Below are positions 26,904-36,553 of a DNA stretch of 64,000 nucleotides, in pieces. The stretch comes from Candidatus Latescibacterota bacterium (GTDB lineage: Bacteria > Latescibacterota > UBA2968 > UBA8231), in NCBI GenBank assembly GCA_965215195.1, contig CBDCDC010000002.1, positions 96,001 through 160,000 on the forward strand, read 5' to 3'. Within the stretch, counting starts at the first letter, position 1; each line of letters opens with the position of its first letter. The notes under the pieces were generated by a model. The model searched no databases. It saw only the letters and a list, made by a program, of their open reading frames with translations, and was not told where the DNA came from. The translations under genes were made by a program, and so were the position numbers.

Positions 26904-29900
26904 ATGACGCCACTCTATTTCACCGCTTGCGCTCATCCGCGAGTTGCTCCTGCCCTAGCGACCCAGGGCCGCGAAAGCCTGCGACCCTACACTGCGTACC
27001 TGAAGTCCGCGCTCGCTGCCGCCAAGAAGCGCGAGTCGCGGTCGGTGTGCCGGTGGGAGCCCGTCCCGCGGGAATATCCACTGCGGCTCACCCCGATGGA
27101 CTCGCTCCTAATCATGGAAGCCGAGGGCTTCAGCTACCGCCTCAAAGGCTGGTCGGGCGACGCGCCGGGCATGCCGTTGTTCGTCGGAGACCAGTACCGG
27201 CCGATGACCCCCAAGCGCGTTGAGCAAGTTGCCGACGGATTGCTCCTCGTGCTGGACAGCGAGGTTGACCCTGACGATCAAGTCTTTTGGGCGGGCAGGT
27301 CCTGCACATTGACTCCCGCAGATCCGATTTGGCCGGCGGAGTTGGTCGCACGGCGTCTCGACAGCACGGTCGCGCACCTGTTCCAACGCAGGGAAGCAGA
27401 CAGAAATGTCTTCCTAGTCGTCGAAGGCTGTGCCCCTTTTGTCCTCGAAGACGAGCATGGCACCGAGTTGCCCCATCGGGTGGCCGAGCCCCATGAAGAT
27501 GCCACGCGCCTCCATGTCGGCAGAGAGGAGATCCTTTGGACCGGCCAGCGAACCCTGACGCTGGAGAAACCGCCAGATCAAGACGTCCTCCTCGCCGACA
27601 ACGGTGTCCGGTGGCGTTGGTCGGACGACGGAGGTCGTGGCCGGCGACAGCGCGGGGTCTGGGTTCAGCTCCTGCCTCCCGACGAGGTGGACAGCGAGGC
27701 GACCTTGGACATCCGGGCGGCGTACATGGAGGAGGGCGTTCGCGAAGTTCGGACGAAAAAGGGCAACAACCCCCAGCATGCTTTCAAGGTCTGGGGATTC
27801 CGCCGCGACAACTACCAGCTCGAGTTAGAGCGGCTCCCACCCGAGGGATCGACCTTGTTCATTCCGTCTAGCACTTCGGGCCTACAACGCCAGCAGCAGA
27901 CGGTGTTCCGTTTCATGGGCAGCCCATTGCCCCACCATGGTGCCCTTCTAAGACTCTGCGAAGCACCCGACAAGGTCCGTTGGCCGAGGTGCATACCAAA
28001 GGCCGTTTCCCACTGGCACTTGCTTGACGACGAGCGTTGGTCGGGCACCATCCAGCAGCGGGAGTTCGTAGAAAAGGCCCTTGGCACGGAGGACTTCGCG
28101 TTTCTCGAAGGACCGCCCGGATCGGGCAAAACCCACGCCATCTGCGAGTTGGTGCTCCAGTTCATCGATCAAGGACTAAATGTGTTGCTCTGCTCCACGA
28201 CCCATGTCGCCGTGGACAACGTACTGGAGCGGCTCGTCGGTAAGTTCGAGCAAGTTGAGGCCGTGCGTATTGGACTTGCGGACCGAGTGGACCAAACCAT
28301 CCGCAAGGTGCAAATTGATGAGCGCATCTCGGCCTTGGCGAAAACTTGGCGCGACGCCGGAACCTTCGCCAACTTGGACGATGACGCCTTGGAGAGAGTC
28401 GCCGAGACGACGATCCTATCATCCGTGAACCTCACCTGTGGCACGTCCACGGGCATCCTCGCACACCCCTATATAAGGCGCGAGAACGACACAGGGCCGC
28501 GTTGGCCTTACTTTGATGTCCTGATCATTGACGAAGCTAGCAAGACGACCTTCCAAGAATTTCTAGTCCCTGCCCAACTCGCCCGCAAATGGATCATAGT
28601 CGGCGACGTCCGGCAACTCCCGCCCTTCTCTGAGCCTAAAGACCTCGAAGCGAGCATTGCCGAAGTCAGCGACGAGAACGCCGCAACGTTCTCCGACGCC
28701 CATCAGGCGGCACTGCTGATCCTGTTCCGTCTCCAACGCCCGGAAGCGGGGGTCAGGAGGGTCAGGTGGTTGATCGAGGAGTCGGACGATGTACTCGACG
28801 CGCTGAGTGCGGAAATTAAGGCTCGGGTTGTACGCGACGACCCTACGCCAGAGATCGTGCGGGTTGTCCGGGGCCAGTCCGCAGGTAATGAGGTGTCCAT
28901 CGCCGACATTGAGGCTGGCCAACCCGTGGCGCTGTACTTGTCGACAGCCGATTGGATTCTCTTTTCACCTGAGTTGCGGAGTCGCGTTGAGCCCTATCTA
29001 CCGCCGGACGGACTCGCGCTAAGCGACTGGGCCCCGGATTCGATCCGTGCGTACCGATTCGTACACTGGCTCAACCAACGAGGCCGCTTCAACAGGCCCG
29101 TTCGAGAGCGGCGGCAGCGTTTCCAAACCGCCGATGAACTGGCTGCCCGCCAGCAGTCCTTCCTGCGCGAGGAATCTTGGGCCAAGCAAATATCGTGGCG
29201 ACTCGGGAGGGTTCACCAACTTGCCAGTGCTCGAGACGATAGACAGCGTGAACGACGCCAAGGCGAGGTTGATAGCCTTATGCCCGCTGTGGATCCCTAT
29301 TCTAAATGGGTGCCCCCGGCCATTGACGCAATCCGGGATGTCGGAGTTCGCAGCGTGATTGAGTCCTTCCGGGTGCGTAGGAGCAACCATCGGGTTCGCC
29401 GCCTGAGTGCCCTCACCGAGGCACTTCCACCGGATGTTTGGAAAGAGCGGGCGGTGCTGATCGAGTACCAGCACCGTATGCATCCGGACATCTCAAAACT
29501 ACCGCGAGACCAGTTCTACGAGGGAGAGGCACTGAAGGACGCAAATACCCTTGATGAGCGCGACAAACGAGATGGTTGGTCTTTCATGCCCAAGGTGCCT
29601 GCGCGACGAGTGTGGGCGGATGTGCGCGGCCGTGAGGACCGTGGCGTCAACCACGCCGAGATCAAAGCTATGCAGGACTGGTTGGAGGCTTGGAGAGATT
29701 ACGCCAAAACCCACCCGAGAAACGATGGCAAGGACTGGACGGTGGCCTGTCTCTCGTTCTACAACCGGCAGGAATTGGGGACGCGGGACATGCTCCGGCG
29801 ACTCACCGGAAGACATCGTGCTGAGACGCGCTTCCCGCTTCCCAATACAACGATTGTGTGCGCAACGGTTGACCGATTCCAAGGCCGAGAGGCCGACCTC

Positions 29901-30098
29901 GTGTTGCTGAGCCTCAGAAACACCTCGAGGCCCGGTCATATGGACAGCCCCAATCGGCTGAATGTCGGGATTACCCGAGCCCGGTTCCTGCTCGTCGTCT
30001 TTGGACACCGGAAGTACTTCGCCGAGGATTGCCCGTCCGAGGAACTCAACGCGCTTGCAGAGGCCACGCCGTTGTTCAATCTTGGGAGTATGCGATGA
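26904..30098 (+). CDS. Upf1/DNA2-NAM7-like SF1 helicase with a long unknown N-terminus and a large internal insertion
   Basis: GPPGSGKT, IIDEAS, VGDVRQLPP, YQHRMHP, TVDRFQGREAD, RLNVGITRAR. Confidence 0.9.
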   Translation: MTPLYFTACAHPRVAPALATQGRESLRPYTAYLKSALAAAKKRESRSVCRWEPVPREYPLRLTPMDSLLIMEAEGFSYRLKGWSGDAPGMPLFVGDQYRPMTPKRVEQVADGLLLVLDSEVDPDDQVFWAGRSCTLTPADPIWPAELVARRLDSTVAHLFQRREADRNVFLVVEGCAPFVLEDEHGTELPHRVAEPHEDATRLHVGREEILWTGQRTLTLEKPPDQDVLLADNGVRWRWSDDGGRGRRQRGVWVQLLPPDEVDSEATLDIRAAYMEEGVREVRTKKGNNPQHAFKVWGFRRDNYQLELERLPPEGSTLFIPSSTSGLQRQQQTVFRFMGSPLPHHGALLRLCEAPDKVRWPRCIPKAVSHWHLLDDERWSGTIQQREFVEKALGTEDFAFLEGPPGSGKTHAICELVLQFIDQGLNVLLCSTTHVAVDNVLERLVGKFEQVEAVRIGLADRVDQTIRKVQIDERISALAKTWRDAGTFANLDDDALERVAETTILSSVNLTCGTSTGILAHPYIRRENDTGPRWPYFDVLIIDEASKTTFQEFLVPAQLARKWIIVGDVRQLPPFSEPKDLEASIAEVSDENAATFSDAHQAALLILFRLQRPEAGVRRVRWLIEESDDVLDALSAEIKARVVRDDPTPEIVRVVRGQSAGNEVSIADIEAGQPVALYLSTADWILFSPELRSRVEPYLPPDGLALSDWAPDSIRAYRFVHWLNQRGRFNRPVRERRQRFQTADELAARQQSFLREESWAKQISWRLGRVHQLASARDDRQRERRQGEVDSLMPAVDPYSKWVPPAIDAIRDVGVRSVIESFRVRRSNHRVRRLSALTEALPPDVWKERAVLIEYQHRMHPDISKLPRDQFYEGEALKDANTLDERDKRDGWSFMPKVPARRVWADVRGREDRGVNHAEIKAMQDWLEAWRDYAKTHPRNDGKDWTVACLSFYNRQELGTRDMLRRLTGRHRAETRFPLPNTTIVCATVDRFQGREADLVLLSLRNTSRPGHMDSPNRLNVGITRARFLLVVFGHRKYFAEDCPSEELNALAEATPLFNLGSMR

Positions 30099-31192
30099 AG
30101 GCCAGCCTCAAAACAGAAGTCGAGATCCGAGACATCGTGGTGTTCGCCGAGATCGCCGTGTGGGAGAAGAGACCAGACCTTCAGGTTCTGTGCGCTACGG
30201 CTCAGGCTCAAGGTGCTCTCAACGGAGACGCGGTTGATACTGTCCTACCGGGACTGTCATGTCGTGCAAGGGAAAACCTGCTGCGCCACTTGCGCTACAT
30301 TGGGCTTGTTCGGAACGGAGCACTTACCGCCCTCGGACGCCGTTGTGCATCGTCGGGCGAGGCCCCCGCTTGGGAGCAGGGTGTATATCGCCTGCTCGTG
30401 GCATCCCATCCGCTCTTTGATAGCCATGTCCTTGACTTCAGACGCACCCCCGGCGATTGGCGTGACCGCGACTTCGACAACCACGAGCCACTTCCGTCAT
30501 GGCTCTCGCCCAACCGTGACCGAGTGTTCACGTCGATATTCCAGTCGAAGCGGTTCAACATATCGAGATTCCCGGCATCACAAGGCCAAAATCCGGTCTG
30601 CCGCATCGAAGGTATGACCACGGGAAAGTTGCAGTGGGATATTGACCTCGCGTCAGGCGACAACAAGTGGACGATAGAAGGACAGGTGAGCGGAGACTGG
30701 AACCGGCGAGGCAAGTTCCAGTCCGCGCCTGAGTCGGTAGAGCCGGGAAAGTTGGTCGATATTTTCGCGGACTGGGAGCCGCAATGGGATATGCAAATGG
30801 GTCGCCTCGCCATGGAGTATGACGGCAAGATCGGGCAGGGCGGACGCGAGTCGTTCCGGCGGTCTCGGCAGTACAATGATAAGCAGGTCAGGAATTTTGG
30901 CCCGTTCGATGAGATCGTGGTCCGAGATGTACCGGTCAGCCCGGCAACGAAGGATGATGCTCGCACTTGGGCAACCGCCATCCTCGTCGCTCGATCCGAG
31001 GCCGATGATAGCTATATAGTGCCCGACGGTTGGCGGGCGGAGTGGTCAAATGTTATCGAAAATACCCCGCTGGCAGAGTGGGCCGGAGATGCCCCCGATC
31101 TGGTGGCACTCTCCGAGGTAAACGGCCGATCCCTCGCCGCCCGGACGAGGTGGCTGCTCGCCGCGGGTACTGATCTGGAGATGGGGACATAA
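30095..31192 (+). CDS. Hypothetical protein (possible N-terminal winged helix), coupled to the helicase
   Basis: ATGA overlap with the helicase stop; LRHLRYIGLV...LTALGRR is wHTH-like. Confidence 0.75.
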   Translation: MKASLKTEVEIRDIVVFAEIAVWEKRPDLQVLCATAQAQGALNGDAVDTVLPGLSCRARENLLRHLRYIGLVRNGALTALGRRCASSGEAPAWEQGVYRLLVASHPLFDSHVLDFRRTPGDWRDRDFDNHEPLPSWLSPNRDRVFTSIFQSKRFNISRFPASQGQNPVCRIEGMTTGKLQWDIDLASGDNKWTIEGQVSGDWNRRGKFQSAPESVEPGKLVDIFADWEPQWDMQMGRLAMEYDGKIGQGGRESFRRSRQYNDKQVRNFGPFDEIVVRDVPVSPATKDDARTWATAILVARSEADDSYIVPDGWRAEWSNVIENTPLAEWAGDAPDLVALSEVNGRSLAARTRWLLAAGTDLEMGT

Positions 31193-33444
31193 TGCGTAGC
31201 GGACCGATCCAACCCGAAAAGGTAAAGAAACCGATTAACCTGAGGGCGGAGGAGCTTCCGCTTTGGGAACATGGCAAGGGCGCGAACATCGACCTTCCTT
31301 GGACCGAATTGAACCGTCCCGACGCCCTCAATGAGGTGCAATCGCTCGTGAAGAATGCTCGCAGTGTCGTCGTCGCGATCGGTGCGACGAAGCCTTCTCT
31401 TGCACTGCTCAATGCTGTCTTTCAGTCTCTTGTTGCGCCTTGCCGACTCTACATCTATGGGGACCGCGCCCTTGAGGCCGACGCTGCATTGGTTCAAAAG
31501 ATCGCGGGCATGGGCGACCGGGTCCTCGTCCGCTTGGGACATCGCCCACCTGCGGACTGGCTCATCGTTGATCAAGGACGCGACGGGCACCTTGTCGTAG
31601 GGCCTACCGCCGAGCACCGAAGATGGGTGATCCCCGTCGGCGACGCCTTGGCGCGGTCGTTGTTTGAGGCTTTTTGTGTGCTGTTTTGGTTTCACACAAC
31701 GAAAGAGGCTCTACCGGACGCTAACGGCGATGTCGCTTTCCGTCCCCCGCTGGAGGCACCGTTCAACTCCCCTGATACCGACACTGACATCACACTCCCG
31801 GCTGGTAGGCTCTGGCTTGACGGAGACCTTGACGATCCAATTCCTGATGCCGAGTTCCGAATTTCACCGAACGCTTCGGATCCTGGACGTGCGCGGGTGC
31901 TGTTCGTTCCTCCCACTAGCGACTTGGCGAGCGGCGGGACAGGTGGCACCGTTGACATCGAACTCCCGACGGAGCTCTGCCGCCGAGGGCACCGAGTGCT
32001 GTGGGTTGACACTGGCCTTCCGAGGACGACGGTTACACGTCAGCGCATAGTTATGGATCTTGTAGAAGCACAGATCGCAATCCAGCTCGAATGGCCCCGC
32101 AGCGAGGCGATAAATCTCTTCCACGGTCTCAATCGCATGGCCCAGCAACCCACTTGGGAGTTCCATCCTGCGCGGCGGCTCGACGCCGTCAAGGGTAAGG
32201 TGCTATTGGACAGAGCAACGCAGCCTGACAAGATCGTCCGGTCTGTCTCGCTGGACGCTGGCGATGTGGAAGTGCCGCTGCTGGACTTCGACTCTGCCCG
32301 GCCCGCTCGCTTTCCCGACATCCCACCCCTCGCCTTGGAAGCGACCATCCAGTGGCGGCGAGTACCGGCTGCTTTGCCGCCGGGTGCCCGCCGCGCCGAG
32401 ATAGTCCGCCGTTGGACAGCAGTGGATGAGTGGACGTCACGGACAGTGGAAAGCCTCCGCGACGAGCTTAACGCGCTTGAGAGTCAAGAAGGACTGTTGA
32501 GCCGGCTTCGCCAATGGCTCCCGTCGCGGGATGGGAACTTGGCCTCGGAACGCGAACAACTCCGCGACGAGCTTGACGAAATCGGCGAGTCGCCTCCAAG
32601 TCAGATAGCGGATCAGGCTAAGGATCGCATGAGACGCCTCGCTGAGATCGCCAGCCGTTTGGATGGATTGCGGCGTACCACCCACGACCAGCGGCAGGCC
32701 GCCGAGGATGCCAAAGAGGAAGAAAGTCAAAGAGATAGCTGGGAGAAGCGCATCGAAGATGCCAAAGCCAAGCTGGAAGAAGTTCGACAGAAGCTAGCGG
32801 AGAACGAGGAAGCCCAAGGCAAGGCGGAAGAAAGACGGCAAGAAGCACAGACTGCCCTTGATAACGTTGTGGCTTCCAAACGCCAAGATCGGGAGGTATT
32901 CTTGGAGAAGGAGCGGGTCGATCTCGAAGCAAAGTTGGAGGAAGTACGCACACACCAGAAGTCCCTCAAAGACGGCAAGGGCCGGTCATCCAAGTCGGAA
33001 CGGAGGGAGGCGAACCGCCACGTGAGCGACGCGAAACAGGCAGCCGCCCGCAACAAGCAGGACCGCGAGAGCATGGCGGATTGGTCTCCGCCCGCATCAG
33101 AGCTTGGCGAGGCGTCCGTGCTTCTCAATAAGGCGGAAAAGGAGATCTCCACCCTTCGGTCTCAAGCAGACAGTCTTTCCAAGGAGAGCAAGAAACACAA
33201 TCGCGCCGCGTCGGAAGAATTTCGTTTCGAGAAACTGCCTCGGCTTTCAGGGCCGTCGATGAGCGAGGTGGATTCGCACCCGCCTATTCCGTCAGAGGCA
33301 CCGCCTGAGATAGGGGAGCTCTACGAACATCGCGGAGAGCGCTTTCTCTCCATCCGCACATGGGAACAGCTTAGGCCGGCGGAGCCTGTTGCGAAACGAC
33401 TTCATGCCAAACTCGTGGCTGTCGCGAACCCTTCAAATACGTAG
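31192..33444 (+). CDS. Hypothetical protein: degenerate PLD-like N-terminus plus a long coiled-coil C-terminal half
   Basis: TAATG overlap; HRPPADWLIVD...FCVLFW resembles a decayed HxK-x4-D PLD motif; about 250 aa E/K/R/Q-rich heptad region. Confidence 0.7.
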   Translation: MRSGPIQPEKVKKPINLRAEELPLWEHGKGANIDLPWTELNRPDALNEVQSLVKNARSVVVAIGATKPSLALLNAVFQSLVAPCRLYIYGDRALEADAALVQKIAGMGDRVLVRLGHRPPADWLIVDQGRDGHLVVGPTAEHRRWVIPVGDALARSLFEAFCVLFWFHTTKEALPDANGDVAFRPPLEAPFNSPDTDTDITLPAGRLWLDGDLDDPIPDAEFRISPNASDPGRARVLFVPPTSDLASGGTGGTVDIELPTELCRRGHRVLWVDTGLPRTTVTRQRIVMDLVEAQIAIQLEWPRSEAINLFHGLNRMAQQPTWEFHPARRLDAVKGKVLLDRATQPDKIVRSVSLDAGDVEVPLLDFDSARPARFPDIPPLALEATIQWRRVPAALPPGARRAEIVRRWTAVDEWTSRTVESLRDELNALESQEGLLSRLRQWLPSRDGNLASEREQLRDELDEIGESPPSQIADQAKDRMRRLAEIASRLDGLRRTTHDQRQAAEDAKEEESQRDSWEKRIEDAKAKLEEVRQKLAENEEAQGKAEERRQEAQTALDNVVASKRQDREVFLEKERVDLEAKLEEVRTHQKSLKDGKGRSSKSERREANRHVSDAKQAAARNKQDRESMADWSPPASELGEASVLLNKAEKEISTLRSQADSLSKESKKHNRAASEEFRFEKLPRLSGPSMSEVDSHPPIPSEAPPEIGELYEHRGERFLSIRTWEQLRPAEPVAKRLHAKLVAVANPSNT

Positions 33445-33471
33445 CAGATCAAAACAACTTCAACACGGAGG

Positions 33472-33505
33472 AGAATCAATGGAACACGAAGAATCAATGG
33501 AACAC
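33472..33505 (+). repeat. 16-bp direct repeat duplicating the start codon region of the vWA gene
   Basis: agaatcaatggaacac at 33472 and 33490 gives two in-frame ATGs (33479, 33497). Confidence 0.85.
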
Positions 33506-34195
33506 AAACTCCCAGGCGGGCCGATCGCGAACAGGCCCCTCCATTTCATCTTTCTCGCAGACTGCTCGTCCTCAATGTCGGGCGACAAGATTCAAGCACT
33601 CAACCACGCGATCAGAGAAGCCATCCCACACATGCGGGATGTCGCGCACGGCAACCCGAACGCCGAGGTTCTGGTGCGGGCGATCAAGTTCTCGGCCGGT
33701 GCCCAATGGCACGTTTCGCAGCCGACGAATGTCGATGAGTTCGAGTGGACCGACCTCTCGGCCTATGGCATGACCGAAATGGGACGGGCCCTGTCTCTGG
33801 TCACTGACGCGCTCAAGACCCCGCCCATGCCGGAGCGTGCGCTACCTCCTGTGTTGGTGCTCATCAGTGATGGACAGCCCACGGACGACTTCGAGGGAGG
33901 GCGGCAAGCCCTGATGGACGAACCTTGGGGCAAGAAGGCTGTGCGCCTCGCGATCGCCATTGGCTCGGACGCGGATATCGATGTCCTTCAACGCTTCATC
34001 GGACACCCAGAGATCCAACCGCTGCAAGCCAACAACGCTCAAGATCTGGTCAATTATATCCGCTGGGCGTCCACCGCAGTTCTTCAGGCTGCCTCCGCGC
34101 CAGCGAGCCAGACATCGAATGCTCCGGCCGGGGTCAACGTACCACTGCCTCCGTCCCCAAAGCCCGATCCCGCAGACGCCAGTGACGTCTGGTAG
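33479..34195 (+). CDS. TerY-like vWA domain protein
   Basis: RPLHFIFLADCSSSM (MIDAS DxSxS), T, SDGQPTD; GGAGGAG RBS. Confidence 0.88.
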   Translation: MEHEESMEHKLPGGPIANRPLHFIFLADCSSSMSGDKIQALNHAIREAIPHMRDVAHGNPNAEVLVRAIKFSAGAQWHVSQPTNVDEFEWTDLSAYGMTEMGRALSLVTDALKTPPMPERALPPVLVLISDGQPTDDFEGGRQALMDEPWGKKAVRLAIAIGSDADIDVLQRFIGHPEIQPLQANNAQDLVNYIRWASTAVLQAASAPASQTSNAPAGVNVPLPPSPKPDPADASDVW

Positions 34196-35111
34196 CCGCG
34201 AAATCAGCCGAGGCCCTACATTCGCCATTGAGCGCGTCATCGGTGCGAACCACCTGCGGGACGGCAAGCCCTGCCAAGATGAAGTAGGGGTCTTTGCAGT
34301 CGCCGATACCGTGGCCGTGGCTGTCGCTGACGGCCATGGTACGAGCAAACACGCCGATGTCGGTGCCTGGCTCGCAGTCCATGTGGCTCTTACCGCGCTC
34401 GTGCAGTTCGCCGGGAATCTAGGTGAACGTGCTTCAAATCTGGTGGAGGTCCAGAAGTACGCCGAACATCCTCTCCGCGTTCAGATCGTCCGGGAATGGA
34501 CGGCGCAGGTTCGCGCCAAGGCTGGAGACGACGAAACGCCGCTCTTGGATTATGGCTCGACAATTTTGGCCGCCCTAGCAACGCCGGACTTCCTGCTCAT
34601 CGGACAACTCGGTGACGGCGACATCCTACTCGTCGCCGAGGATGGAACAGTCGAGGTCCCACTACCCGCCGACCTTGCGGCGTTTGCCGACGAAACTCCC
34701 AGCCTGTGTCTGCCGGAGGCATGGCACTCACTCCGTGTGCGAGTCCTGCCGACACCGAGGCAAGAGACGCTTCTCCTGCTTTCGACCGATGGGTACAGCA
34801 AATCGTACCCCACAGACGCCGACTTCAGGCAGATTGGCCCCGATTATCTCGACCTCATACGCAAGGATGGGGTCTCCGGCTTAACCCCTCACTTGAGGGG
34901 CTTCCTCGAAAAAGTCACCACCCAGGGGAGTGGTGATGACATTGCCCTCGCGCTTCTCCACTGGCCGCCACCGGATTCTCCCGTCGTCTTGTCGGATGGC
35001 GATTCGCCCATTGGGGACGCCGAGATTCAGTCAGATCTAACTGGGAAGGAAGAGGATGCGAGCTCGCTTCCGGGAGAGACGGGGCCTCTGAGTGCCAAGC
35101 GAGCGAAATAA
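34182..35111 (+). CDS. PP2C-like phosphatase of the TerY-P triad
   Basis: G.NH....PCQD, VADGHG, GDG, STDG, GDD. Confidence 0.88.
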   Translation: MTSGSREISRGPTFAIERVIGANHLRDGKPCQDEVGVFAVADTVAVAVADGHGTSKHADVGAWLAVHVALTALVQFAGNLGERASNLVEVQKYAEHPLRVQIVREWTAQVRAKAGDDETPLLDYGSTILAALATPDFLLIGQLGDGDILLVAEDGTVEVPLPADLAAFADETPSLCLPEAWHSLRVRVLPTPRQETLLLLSTDGYSKSYPTDADFRQIGPDYLDLIRKDGVSGLTPHLRGFLEKVTTQGSGDDIALALLHWPPPDSPVVLSDGDSPIGDAEIQSDLTGKEEDASSLPGETGPLSAKRAK

Positions 35112-35126
35112 GAACGAAAACTCGAA

Positions 35127-36428
35127 ATGATGGAGAAATCACCAATGCAAAAGCCAGAATTACTGAAAACCGCTGACGGAACGCGCATCACCGCCGACAG
35201 CCTGCTTGGTCAGGGAAGCCAAGGCGAGGTCTGGAAAGCCACTGACGGCGGGAAGCCTGTTGCGGTGAAGGTCTATCACCGAAATACGGCTACCCCGGAA
35301 CAGAAGGCGGTACTTGAGCGGTTGGTCGAAAAAGGTCCGCCTGCACCGCACTTCCTGTGGCCGCTGGCGATGGTGGAGGATACCCGGTCAAAAACGTATG
35401 GTTACATCATGGATCTCCGAGAGCCTAACTTCCGGGCACTCGAAGATTTCATGGCACGGCGGATCCGCCCATCAATGTGTGCATTGCTCACGGCTGGCAG
35501 GAAACTCGCAAATGGCTTCCTCCGCCTCCATAGCCATGGTCTTTGCTATCGGGACATTTCCTTCGCCAATGTATTTTTCGATCCGCAGACCGGGGACATC
35601 CGCATCTGCGACAACGACAACGTCGACATAACGGGTACCGAAACGGGCGGTGTGCTGGGTACCCCGCGTTTTATGGCCCCCGAGGTGGTACGCAGAGAGA
35701 AGCCACCATCTGCTGATACTGATCGCTATTCGCTGGCGGTACTACTGTTTTTTCTTTTGTACGGTGGGCACCCCCTCGACGGTCAACGAGAGGCAAATAT
35801 CCGCTGTCTTGATGTTCCTGCCTACGAGCGACTCTACGGCTTCGCCCCGCTTTACATCTGGGATCCGGACGACGATTCCAACCGTCCCGTCCCCGGCATT
35901 CACGTCAACCCCATCGCTTTTCACGGCATGTACCCGGAGGCACTGACCGCCTTGTTCCAGCGGTCATTCACGGACGGGTTGCACTACCCGTCCAAGCGCG
36001 TACGCGAGTCGGAGTGGCGGAATGCCTTTGCCAGTACCATTAACAGCATCTGGCTTTGCGTGTGCAGTGCCGAAAATTTCTATGAGCCGACGGCAACGTC
36101 CGGTGGCAAGCACTGCTGGGCCTGCAAGAAGTCGCTGGTTCTCCCACCGCGCATCAAAATTGGCGACGACATTGTTTTGCTCAACCGCACTACCCAACTG
36201 TTCGGCTACCATGTCGGCTCGACTCGAGACGACGACACCCCGATCGCGGAAGTAGTTCAGAACCCCCAAGTTCCGCATCTCTTCGGCCTGCGAAACCTGA
36301 CAGCAGAGAAGTGGACACTGACCAAGCCGGACGGGGCAGTGGTTGATGTTCCCTCCGGCCGTGCAGCGTCGATTCTGAATGGCAACCGTATCAACTTCGG
36401 GCTGCAAACAGGGGAGGTAAGGGTATGA
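35127..36428 (+). CDS. Ser/Thr kinase of the TerY-P triad, with zinc-ribbon and FHA-like tail
   Basis: LGQGSQGEV, VAVK, YRDISFAN, CDNDN, GTPRFMAPE, CVC...CWAC. Confidence 0.9.
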   Translation: MMEKSPMQKPELLKTADGTRITADSLLGQGSQGEVWKATDGGKPVAVKVYHRNTATPEQKAVLERLVEKGPPAPHFLWPLAMVEDTRSKTYGYIMDLREPNFRALEDFMARRIRPSMCALLTAGRKLANGFLRLHSHGLCYRDISFANVFFDPQTGDIRICDNDNVDITGTETGGVLGTPRFMAPEVVRREKPPSADTDRYSLAVLLFFLLYGGHPLDGQREANIRCLDVPAYERLYGFAPLYIWDPDDDSNRPVPGIHVNPIAFHGMYPEALTALFQRSFTDGLHYPSKRVRESEWRNAFASTINSIWLCVCSAENFYEPTATSGGKHCWACKKSLVLPPRIKIGDDIVLLNRTTQLFGYHVGSTRDDDTPIAEVVQNPQVPHLFGLRNLTAEKWTLTKPDGAVVDVPSGRAASILNGNRINFGLQTGEVRV

Positions 36429-36553
36429 TTCCGGTGGACGTCAGCGTCACCTAAGTGGCTATAGGCGAGTGTCAGTCGCTCCTTGTGCCTTGTTGCACGG
36501 AGTCGTAACTTAGCAAAAAAAAGAGACTTAGCTCGACAAAGGACGCTTCCGCC

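Noticed and set aside
24760-36550. Integrative element or transposon boundaries for the defence island
   Set aside because: No integrase or transposase, att-like direct repeats or terminal inverted repeats were found by eye.
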